From the NCBI GenBank assembly GCA_965214675.1, contig OZ243969.1:1797511-1861510 (forward strand): 64,000 nucleotides of DNA, in the 5' to 3' direction. This stretch comes from Gammaproteobacteria bacterium (GTDB lineage: Bacteria > Pseudomonadota > Gammaproteobacteria > UBA4575). Positions 49,294 through 57,352 of the stretch are shown in pieces. The notes beneath the pieces are model-generated. The model saw only the letters and a program-made list of their open reading frames with translations, made no database searches and was not told where the DNA came from. A program made the position numbers and the translations under genes. Every line of letters starts with the position of its first letter. Positions within the stretch are counted from its first letter, which is position 1.

Positions 49294-50889
49294 TTATTTG
49301 AAGCGGTACTGAAGCAATGTCCAGAACTTCTTGGTATCCGAGGAAAATCCGTCCTCACTTTCGAAGTCTGTATATTTAATTGCAAACAGGAATTTACCCA
49401 TGAAGGGCTTGCCCCACAGTACGCCCCATTCATCTCCATAATCAGAAATGCGATTGCTTCCTGACATGTACGATCTGTCTGTACTGTAGTCGTGATAATT
49501 AATGACGAGTTTGTTTTTGCCAATTTTGTGACCTAAAAGGCCCAGAACTGTCAGGGTCACGCTGGTGTCTTCAATGCCACCAAGAGGGGTTGCTGAACCA
49601 CCAGGGGCGGCAACAAACTTATCAGCCCAGCCGTTGAAGGCGTGCACTGTAGCTAGAGGGGTTTGAATAGCGTTGTTACCGTTACTCTCCAAGACCTCGT
49701 AACCTACTCTTATCTGATAGGTAGGTTCACCAATGGGCATGAAGCCGAGGTTGTCGACCCGTGTGCCGCCAAACCTGATTCCGAACTCAATGTTGTAATA
49801 GTCATTATCATCCAGTTTCTGTCCAGTCTGCAGATTCATACCTGCATCGTCAGTTGGGTCTTGGTTCGCCCACTCTAATTCACTCTGAATATCCAATGAA
49901 TCACTAACCTCGTGTCTACCTTTGAAACGAACACCGTAGGTCTCCGAGTCGAAACTCACTGGGCCTATAAAAGGAGGTGCCATTCCTGTGCCTTCGGGGA
50001 AAGGCGTACGGGAATTATCATCAAAATCTAGCAAGTAACCATAAGCAACCAGTTTGCCATTGAACTGCGGGAGCTTGTAAGAGATGTTGATCAGGTGAGA
50101 GTCATCCATTTCCCATTCATCGAAAATGGAATCTTCACCAAAGAGCCGCTTCACCTTGTCAATATAGGTATAAGAGATCCCAAGTTTTCCAAGCGTCTTG
50201 TCGACTCTGATCGCATCAAACGAAACGTTGTTTCCTCGCCAGATTACATCTCCAACCCATCGATGGTTGTCATAGATAACAGTTTGACGCCCTAATTTGA
50301 ATGAAAGAGGACCATCACAAGGTCCAGGTGCACTGGGGCAGCCACCCGTTGGGGCGCGCCATCCAATATAGGCTTCATTGATTTCTTCAAAATCATTGTC
50401 AGGAATAATAGCATGGCCCTCAATATAACGATTCATTGCTGGCAGATTACCCCGTATAGGAGCCGGCAATGCCATCGGCCCACCTGGAGGGAAGTTTGGG
50501 GGTACGCTAAAATCTCCATCAAGGTTTAGCGCTCTGTCCGAGTTCAGGACTTCGTTCATCTCCCCTTCAATACGGGCATAAAAACCATGGAAGCGACCTG
50601 TGGTAAAGCCCAGCGCATTCCGTAAGACAACTGCATCAGCCTTGTCAGCATTTTCCATAGGGTGACCACTTGGAAAATCATCCTCCACATCTTCAAATCG
50701 TATGCGGGACCAGAAATCAAATCGGCCATTGACCAATGCTTCACCGAGATTCGTATGGTCCGGTGTCATTTTGTGATGAGGGGTATGATGGGTGTTGGGG
50801 ACATCAGGTAAGCCCACCGCTCCGACACCCTGCGCCAGTACCAGAATGGCTGCAGCCATAAGGCATGGCAGAGGTTTAAAGTTGACCAT
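49294..50889 (-). CDS. alginate-export (AlgE-like) outer-membrane porin
   Basis: RBS AGGAG, signal peptide, R.RFE.V, KLGRQ....DNHRWVG...WR.N..SFDA, TPLAT.HAFNGWADKF, C-terminal QYRFK. Confidence 0.8.
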   Translation of the reverse strand: MVNFKPLPCLMAAAILVLAQGVGAVGLPDVPNTHHTPHHKMTPDHTNLGEALVNGRFDFWSRIRFEDVEDDFPSGHPMENADKADAVVLRNALGFTTGRFHGFYARIEGEMNEVLNSDRALNLDGDFSVPPNFPPGGPMALPAPIRGNLPAMNRYIEGHAIIPDNDFEEINEAYIGWRAPTGGCPSAPGPCDGPLSFKLGRQTVIYDNHRWVGDVIWRGNNVSFDAIRVDKTLGKLGISYTYIDKVKRLFGEDSIFDEWEMDDSHLINISYKLPQFNGKLVAYGYLLDFDDNSRTPFPEGTGMAPPFIGPVSFDSETYGVRFKGRHEVSDSLDIQSELEWANQDPTDDAGMNLQTGQKLDDNDYYNIEFGIRFGGTRVDNLGFMPIGEPTYQIRVGYEVLESNGNNAIQTPLATVHAFNGWADKFVAAPGGSATPLGGIEDTSVTLTVLGLLGHKIGKNKLVINYHDYSTDRSYMSGSNRISDYGDEWGVLWGKPFMGKFLFAIKYTDFESEDGFSSDTKKFWTLLQYRFK

Positions 50890-51041
50890 GGTTTTCTCCT
50901 CCCTTGCAAGGGTTTTAGCCAGATTGTCCTTGAGTAACCTAGCCATAAACAGATCCAGAATTCTGTGTTAGATGCTTATTTTAGACTTACACCGGTAACA
51001 TAAGCTTAATAATCTATCTATAGTAAATAATTGCTCTCCCG

Positions 51042-51089
51042 TCCAAGACTTTCTCATTATTGAAGCCATAGACTATAACTATGGACCGA
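51042..51089 (-). promoter_or_regulatory. LysR operator/promoter of porin gene, paralogous to scn promoter
   Basis: ATAG-N7-CTAT at 51068-51082; 37/48 nt ungapped identity, counted by hand, to 42928-42975. Confidence 0.75.
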
Positions 51090-51184
51090 TTAATACTTAT
51101 TACATTATAAGGCTGTGGTCAATAAATACAATTGTCTGCCCTGTTCAGGCAGGGAGTCAATCTGAAGGATTCATGCCTGAAACC

Positions 51185-51198
51185 TTGACACTCATCAA
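51185..51198. promoter_or_regulatory. FNR/Dnr-like box
   Basis: TTGAC-ACTC-ATCAA, one mismatch from TTGAT-N4-ATCAA, in intergenic DNA. Confidence 0.4.
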
Positions 51199-51248
51199 GT
51201 GTACTACAGGTCGGGACTAGGCCTGCAGAACTTCCTTTCAGCAACAAG

Positions 51249-52541
51249 CTAGTCAGAAGGGGTTTCTGGTGCCGTGAGCCACTCCGGGCCAGCTGTAATG
51301 GGTCCTGTCAGCGTATGTAAAAAGGCTTCCACCTGTTTCTTCTCTTTTCTTCCCAGGGACAGCTCTCTCGCTTCGTTGTGCCCGACCATGGCAGCAGGTG
51401 CGCGATTGTAATGATCAATGACTTCTTCTAACGCTGCCAGTTGCCCGGCATGCATATAGGGAGCAGTTTCCGCGATATTCCTGAGTGACGGGGTTTTGTG
51501 TGCACCTACCAAATTTTCGGCGGTTCTGATAAAGCGCAACTCGGTACATTCCCTCGGATTGATGTCAGAAAAATCCCCCAGGCAGTTAAACGGGTCGCCC
51601 AATACGCTCTGCACTGCATTTATCCGGCCCTTGCTTGGAAGCGACTCTGGGCTGGACAGCACCGCAGTGTTGTGAAACTCGTGGTTGGTGAATAGTGGGC
51701 CGTTATGACAATTGATGCACTGTGCTTTCCCAATGAACAGCCTCAATCCGGCACGCTCATCCTGGCTTAGTATTACCCCGGTCTCCTGGTTCCCGGTGAC
51801 CAGTGCCTCAACATAGTGATCAAAGCGTGCGGCTGCCGGCAGGAGCATGCGTTCATAGGCGGCGAGGGCCTTGCCAATATTTGTAAAAACTTCTGTAACT
51901 GCTGCCTGATCGTCCGAGGACATGGACTGCCAGCTTTCGTTCAGGCTCTTGTTGTCGACTGGGCCTGCAGCTGCAGGAAAACGCGAAGGATCGGAAAAGC
52001 TGTCCATGGACCCAAACAGATTTTCATATTGTTCACGGTAGATTTTGTCTAGTGCCACCAGGTGGACGAGTTGCATGCGTGAGCTTCCATGCTCCAGCGG
52101 GTTTTCCAGTGGAGACAATGCCTGAGCCCAAAGACTGTCTTTTCTTCCATCCCAGAATAGCCAGGGACTGTACGCCATCCCAACTATACTCATGGTGTTG
52201 CGAGTGCCGGTACCCAGTCCTTCAGCAACTTTCAGACCGTCTGTGAAATAGTGTGAGGGTTGATGGCAACTTGCACAGGAGATTTGTCCGTTCGCACTCA
52301 GGCGCGTATCGAAAAAAAGACGGTGACCCAGTTTGGCAGCCAGGGGATTGTCGGCCACAGGATTCCCTGTGGTTGTCGGCAAAGACGGGAGGTTGGCAAT
52401 CCAGAGTGAGCGAAGCAAGGTAATTTCTGATGGAGTCCAGGCCACGCCCTTGCCGGACTGGGTATACCAAATGGCACTGGTCAGAATGATCAGAATGATC
52501 AGAATGACCATTACAAGTGTACCTTGGACAGCTTTTGACAC
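51249..52541 (-). CDS. dihaem cytochrome c peroxidase / MauG family protein
   Basis: LFFDTRLS, CASCH, RNT, FWDGR.DSLW.QA, CINCHNGP, KTPSLRNI..TAPYMH. Confidence 0.9.
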   Translation of the reverse strand: MSKAVQGTLVMVILIILIILTSAIWYTQSGKGVAWTPSEITLLRSLWIANLPSLPTTTGNPVADNPLAAKLGHRLFFDTRLSANGQISCASCHQPSHYFTDGLKVAEGLGTGTRNTMSIVGMAYSPWLFWDGRKDSLWAQALSPLENPLEHGSSRMQLVHLVALDKIYREQYENLFGSMDSFSDPSRFPAAAGPVDNKSLNESWQSMSSDDQAAVTEVFTNIGKALAAYERMLLPAAARFDHYVEALVTGNQETGVILSQDERAGLRLFIGKAQCINCHNGPLFTNHEFHNTAVLSSPESLPSKGRINAVQSVLGDPFNCLGDFSDINPRECTELRFIRTAENLVGAHKTPSLRNIAETAPYMHAGQLAALEEVIDHYNRAPAAMVGHNEARELSLGRKEKKQVEAFLHTLTGPITAGPEWLTAPETPSD

Positions 52542-52551
52542 GATGGGATGC

Positions 52552-52959
52552 TTACAGGTTGAGATCGAATGTCACGCGGTCCAAAATTTTATCCTGCTGT
52601 ATCGATAGCGTGACTTGCCACTGTCCTCCCATATGGAATTTGATCCCCTCCAGAAGGTACCCACCGTTACCAAGGTTTTGGGTAATCCTGGGTCGGGTAG
52701 GTAGTCCATGGTCATGCTCTGGCATGCCTCCCTCGATTCGGACAATGGCATCGGTGACTGGCTCACCCGAGCGGTGTTGGATGTGAAGGGTCCAGGCGTG
52801 CATGGTGTTGATCACGATTGGATCAAGATGACTGGTGAACCGGACCTCAAAGTGTTGCTTCTCTGTAAGGCGTGACTTCTCAACTCTGGACTGTACAGAA
52901 TGATCTTCAGCCCATACCAGTGTAGAAAACAGGAAAAGTGCGACAAGGACTGTTTTCAT
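52552..52959 (-). CDS. YtkA/FixH-like periplasmic protein
   Basis: Signal peptide, GGMPEHDHGLPT.P, G.Y..EG.KFHMGG.W. Alternative start at 53004. Confidence 0.75.
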   Translation of the reverse strand: MKTVLVALFLFSTLVWAEDHSVQSRVEKSRLTEKQHFEVRFTSHLDPIVINTMHAWTLHIQHRSGEPVTDAIVRIEGGMPEHDHGLPTRPRITQNLGNGGYLLEGIKFHMGGQWQVTLSIQQDKILDRVTFDLNL

Positions 52960-52972
52960 CAAGTTCAGGGAT

Positions 52973-53605
52973 TTAGTCAATGCGATGAGGTCGGTTGATG
53001 CCATTCAGAAATCTGCGCATACGGGCGTAACCACCACTCATTAGCCAGTAGTTCAGCTGCAGGAATGCGGCGAGGCCTATAAACCATGGAATCAGGCCCC
53101 AGTCTGCACCGCCGACCCGAAATGGAAAGATGGCAGTATAGGTATTTCTGCCTGTAGGACTCTTGGCGGTGACAATACCAATAAAATTTCCCTCCTCAGT
53201 AAACTCGTGCAATGCCAGGAACACACCATCTTGCTGGACCTGTGGAGGTTGGTAGAAAACGGTATTACGAGGCAGGTCTTGTTTTATATCGTTCCAGTTT
53301 ACGAACCGCCCGTAATTATTTACATCCTTGATGATACGGAATTCAACCGGAACTTCTCTAAGACTGTTATGCAGGTATTCCAGAACAAACACGCTCTCAT
53401 CCGCGTGGGGTATGTCCTCGCATAATTCCTCATGTCGGCTTATTTGGGGCTGATAGATTTTGAAATGAGCCTTGTAAAAACCTATCTGGATGACACAAAG
53501 GTCATCCTCCAGAAATACACCCCCATGGGCATGAGCGTTCTGCCATGGCCCTACAGCTAGGAATACCAGAAGAAGTGTTAAGCGTGCCGGGGAGAAAAGT
53601 ATCAA
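52973..53605 (-). CDS. PmoD/AmoD-like periplasmic copper-protein homologue
   Basis: Signal AHA|HGG, D.C.I.IG....HF..YQP.....E.CEDIP, LREVPVEFRII.D, FPF.VG, C-terminal TM. Confidence 0.7.
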   Translation of the reverse strand: MILFSPARLTLLLVFLAVGPWQNAHAHGGVFLEDDLCVIQIGFYKAHFKIYQPQISRHEELCEDIPHADESVFVLEYLHNSLREVPVEFRIIKDVNNYGRFVNWNDIKQDLPRNTVFYQPPQVQQDGVFLALHEFTEEGNFIGIVTAKSPTGRNTYTAIFPFRVGGADWGLIPWFIGLAAFLQLNYWLMSGGYARMRRFLNGINRPHRID

Positions 53606-53772
53606 AAGTCAGGCAGCGTTTTCGCGCGATGTACAGGTGCGGCCAGCATAGCAAACACGCCCGTACTTTTGTGGTCGCTGGATTAGGGTTTGACTGTACC
53701 GACGTCGACTACCCGGCTGGTCTGCATGTCAGAAGGTAATGCATGAGCCTCAGGCTGGCGATACGGGAAAAA

Positions 53773-54138
53773 CTAGTGCCCGGATGCGTGGTGATGCTCA
53801 ACAATGGGGGCTTCATCCACCCCGAAAAACTCAGCACGCGACAGATAGGTGTAGTCCCCTTCGATTGACATCATGCCAATGAGAACCAGCAATGCCAGGG
53901 GCGGCAATAAAATCGCCGTGATCAAAGCAAGCCGTTCCCAGGCCATGTGCATGAAAATCGCGACAATGAACCCTGCCTTCAGCATCATGAAGATCAGAAT
54001 CAGGTTCCATCTCAGGTACCCCTGCAACTGTAAATAATCCACGAAGTAGGAAGCCGCACTGAATACGAATAACAGCAACCAAATTCCAATGTAAATGCTG
54101 AGTGGATGTTGTTGACCTTCTTCTGTTGCAGCCGCCAT
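53773..54138 (-). CDS. cytochrome c oxidase subunit IV family protein
   Basis: QHPL..Y..IW.LLF, M.LKAG.IVA.FMHM.WER. Confidence 0.88.
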   Translation of the reverse strand: MAAATEEGQQHPLSIYIGIWLLLFVFSAASYFVDYLQLQGYLRWNLILIFMMLKAGFIVAIFMHMAWERLALITAILLPPLALLVLIGMMSIEGDYTYLSRAEFFGVDEAPIVEHHHASGH

Positions 54139-54150
54139 GATTGTTGTCTC

Positions 54151-54831
54151 CTACCAAAGATAAAAGAATGCGAAAATAAATACCCAGACCAGGTCTACGA
54201 AGTGCCAGTACAGGCCCGCGATCTCAACGATGTCGTAACCCTTTTTCTCATAGCGCCCGTTCAGGACGCCAACGGCCACGTACGTCAGATAGATCACACC
54301 GCCGCTTACGTGTAATCCGTGAAATCCGGTGATCATGAAAAATGAAGCACCGAACTGGGCAGCACCAAACGGATTCCCCCACGGGCGAACTCCTTCATCA
54401 ACAATGAGCTTGGTCCACTCGAAGGCTTGCATGCCAACAAACATCAGGCCAAAGCCGGCCGTGACAAGGAGCAGGACAGCAGCTTTCATACGATCTTTGC
54501 GGTACCCGTAGTTCACGGCCAATGCCATGGTGCCGCTGCTTGTGATCAAGACAAAGGTCATGATCGCAATCAGGATCAGCGGAATTGGATCCCCGCCAAA
54601 GCTCAGGGCAAAGATCTCGCTGGAATTCGGCCAAGGCACGGTGGAGCTGATGCGCACCTTCATATAGCCCGTCAGGAAAGACGTGAAGATAAAGGTGTCA
54701 CTCAGGAGGAAGATCCACATCATGGCCTTGCCCCAGTGGACCTTGAATACCTCTTTTTCAGCGCTCCAGTCTGATACGAGATCCGTAACGACGTCGTTTG
54801 CTGCAACTACATCCGCTGTGCTTTGTGCCAT
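54151..54831 (-). CDS. haem-copper oxidase subunit III (CoxP-like)
   Basis: GKAMMWIFLLSDTF, TGFHGLHV, GLYWHFVDLVW. Confidence 0.9.
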   Translation of the reverse strand: MAQSTADVVAANDVVTDLVSDWSAEKEVFKVHWGKAMMWIFLLSDTFIFTSFLTGYMKVRISSTVPWPNSSEIFALSFGGDPIPLILIAIMTFVLITSSGTMALAVNYGYRKDRMKAAVLLLVTAGFGLMFVGMQAFEWTKLIVDEGVRPWGNPFGAAQFGASFFMITGFHGLHVSGGVIYLTYVAVGVLNGRYEKKGYDIVEIAGLYWHFVDLVWVFIFAFFYLW

Positions 54832-54847
54832 GTTCTCCTTGTCCTCT

Positions 54848-55513
54848 TTAAGTAGATAGCAGTAACGCAAACAGGCCTAACCAAACCAGCAGCAGAAAAT
54901 GCCAGTAAATGGTACAGAGCTCAACGCTCATTCGAACCTGATAAATTTCTGTTTTGTTCTGTATCCTGAAAACTGTTTTACTCCAGACCCAAAGTCCGCC
55001 CAGTATGTGCAATGCATGTATTGCCGTTAACACATAGAAGAAGGAATTGGCAGGATTTGCAGAAAGGAAGTAACCGTGTTCTTGCAATCCTTGCCAGGCC
55101 CACAGTTGTCCTGCAATGAAGGCAAAGGTTAACAGTCCTGCAATCAGCAAATTGTTTCGTACACCATCGACCTGACTTCCCACTGCCGCATTTCGTGCGC
55201 GTTGAAAGAACAGGCTTCCCAGGATTAAAAAGGCAGTGTTAAGCCACAGGATCTCCGGCTCAGCCAGCGGGCGCCAGTCACTGAAGTCCATGCGCTGAAA
55301 ATAGGCGCTGACAAACAGCGAAAACAGTGAAGCCGCGACACAAAGGAACACGACGAGACCAATTTTTGCTGCAGGGATGGAGTGCGCTCCACCGGCATGG
55401 TGTTGGCCGATGGGGCCTTCTTCCGCCCAGGGGTGGACATTGATGGTCTGGTAGATGAGCCAGAACACTACGCCCCCCATGATCAGGGCCAATACTATCA
55501 GTGTCGCAGTCAT
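54848..55513 (-). CDS. haem-copper oxidase subunit III (CoxO-like)
   Basis: LWLNT, NPANSFFY.LT.IHALH.LGG, YWHFLLLVW. Confidence 0.9.
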   Translation of the reverse strand: MTATLIVLALIMGGVVFWLIYQTINVHPWAEEGPIGQHHAGGAHSIPAAKIGLVVFLCVAASLFSLFVSAYFQRMDFSDWRPLAEPEILWLNTAFLILGSLFFQRARNAAVGSQVDGVRNNLLIAGLLTFAFIAGQLWAWQGLQEHGYFLSANPANSFFYVLTAIHALHILGGLWVWSKTVFRIQNKTEIYQVRMSVELCTIYWHFLLLVWLGLFALLLST

Positions 55514-55516
55514 GAT

Positions 55517-57265
55517 CTAAACGTCGCCTTCACCTTTTGTGTACCGGCTGGGGATTTCGGTTTGCGGAATGAAATCTTCCTTGGCGCCAGGGACACTGTA
55601 GGAGTATGCCCAGCGATATACCACAGGCAGCTCCTTGCCCCAGTTTCCGTGCTTTGGAGGGTAATCCGCAGTTTGCCATTCAATCGTGGTCGCACGCCAT
55701 GGGTTGCGTGATGACTTTCTGCCTTTGAAAATACTCCAGAAGATATTGATCAGGAACAGGAACTGGGCTGCTGCAACAACCAATGCAGCTATGGTAATAC
55801 TGACGTTCGCTGACTGTACGCTATCCGGCAGGAATTCCGTGGTACCGTTGGCGTAATACCTGCGGGGCACACCCAGTATGCCGATGTAGTGCATGGGCAG
55901 GTAAATCGCATAGGTGCCCAGGAAGGTCAGCCAGAAATGGATTTTCCCCATCGTGTCATTGAGCATCCGCCCGGTGAGCAGGGGGAACCAGTGATAGATT
56001 CCTCCAAATACGACCAGGAAGGGGGACACACCCATCACCATGTGGAAATGGCCGACTACGAAGTAGGTGTCAGAAAGTGGTACATCCACAACTACATTTC
56101 CCAAGAACAGTCCCGTTATTCCCCCATGGATGAATGTAAAGATAAAACCGATCGAAAACAGCATGGGCACCGTAAGATGTATATTCCCACGCCATAGGGT
56201 AAGTACCCAGTTGTAAACCTTGATCGCCGTCGGAACTGCAATGATCAGTGTTGTAGTGGCAAAGAAAAAGCCGAAGTACGGGTTCATTCCACTGACGTAC
56301 ATGTGGTGCGCCCATACGATGAAGCTCAGGCCTCCGATGGCAACAATCGCCCAGACCATCATGCGGTAGCCAAAGATGTTTTTACGGGCGTGTGTACTGA
56401 TCAGGTCGGAAACGATCCCGAATGCGGGTAGCGCCACGATGTAAACCTCCGGATGGCCAAAGAACCAGAAGAGGTGCTGAAACAGTATCGGACTTCCTCC
56501 TTCATGTGACAGGTTCTCGCCCAGCGAAGAGATTGCCGGCATGAAAAAGCTGGTCTCCAGAGTCTTGTCGAGCGTCATCATGATGACGCTGACGAGCAGT
56601 GCCGGGAAGGCCAGCAAACCCAGGATTGTAGCCATGATGATGCCCCAGACAGACAAGGGCATACGCATCAGGGTCATGCCCCGTGTACGTGCCTGGAATG
56701 CAGTTGTGACATAGTTCAGCCCACCCATGGTGAACGCCACAACAAACAAGCCGAGCGATACGGTCATGCAGATGATGCCCCAGTCAGCACCCGGCGTACC
56801 TTCAGTAATTGCCTGTGGAGGGTACAAGGTCCAGCCTGCACCGGTAGGTCCTTCAGGAACAAAGAAACTCGCACATACCACGATGACTGACAACAGGTAC
56901 ACCCAGTAGCTCAGCATATTCATGTATGGAAAGGCCATATCGCGCGCTCCACACATCAGCGGCACAAGGACATTGCCGAATCCACCCAGGAAAAATGCGG
57001 TCAGCATGAAGACAATCATGATCATGCCGTGCATGGTCACCGCCTGGTAGTATTCGTCAGGCTGTATAAAGTCAAATACGCCCGGATAACCCAGTTGTAA
57101 TCGCATCAGGCCAGACAGGATCAGGGCAATCACTCCGACAGCAGTAGCAGTTATGATGTACTGGATACCAATGATCTTGTGATCTTGGCTCCAGACATAC
57201 ATACCAATCCATGTCTTCGGATGGGCAAGTTCTTGCTCTTTATCAGCTAATGCAACGTGTGCCAT
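55517..57265 (-). CDS. haem-copper oxidase subunit I, A1 type (CoxN-like)
   Basis: SQDHK, HGMIM, GWTLYPP, WFFGHPEVY, WAHHM, PTAIKV, GHFHMV, PRRY. Confidence 0.95.
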   Translation of the reverse strand: MAHVALADKEQELAHPKTWIGMYVWSQDHKIIGIQYIITATAVGVIALILSGLMRLQLGYPGVFDFIQPDEYYQAVTMHGMIMIVFMLTAFFLGGFGNVLVPLMCGARDMAFPYMNMLSYWVYLLSVIVVCASFFVPEGPTGAGWTLYPPQAITEGTPGADWGIICMTVSLGLFVVAFTMGGLNYVTTAFQARTRGMTLMRMPLSVWGIIMATILGLLAFPALLVSVIMMTLDKTLETSFFMPAISSLGENLSHEGGSPILFQHLFWFFGHPEVYIVALPAFGIVSDLISTHARKNIFGYRMMVWAIVAIGGLSFIVWAHHMYVSGMNPYFGFFFATTTLIIAVPTAIKVYNWVLTLWRGNIHLTVPMLFSIGFIFTFIHGGITGLFLGNVVVDVPLSDTYFVVGHFHMVMGVSPFLVVFGGIYHWFPLLTGRMLNDTMGKIHFWLTFLGTYAIYLPMHYIGILGVPRRYYANGTTEFLPDSVQSANVSITIAALVVAAAQFLFLINIFWSIFKGRKSSRNPWRATTIEWQTADYPPKHGNWGKELPVVYRWAYSYSVPGAKEDFIPQTEIPSRYTKGEGDV

Positions 57266-57352
57266 TCTGGCTTCTCCTCATCGGTATGCTACCGGGTACT
57301 GTATTCGTTTCGTGTCTTGTCTTCAAATAGGGTTGTGGAATTGGTCGCCCGG

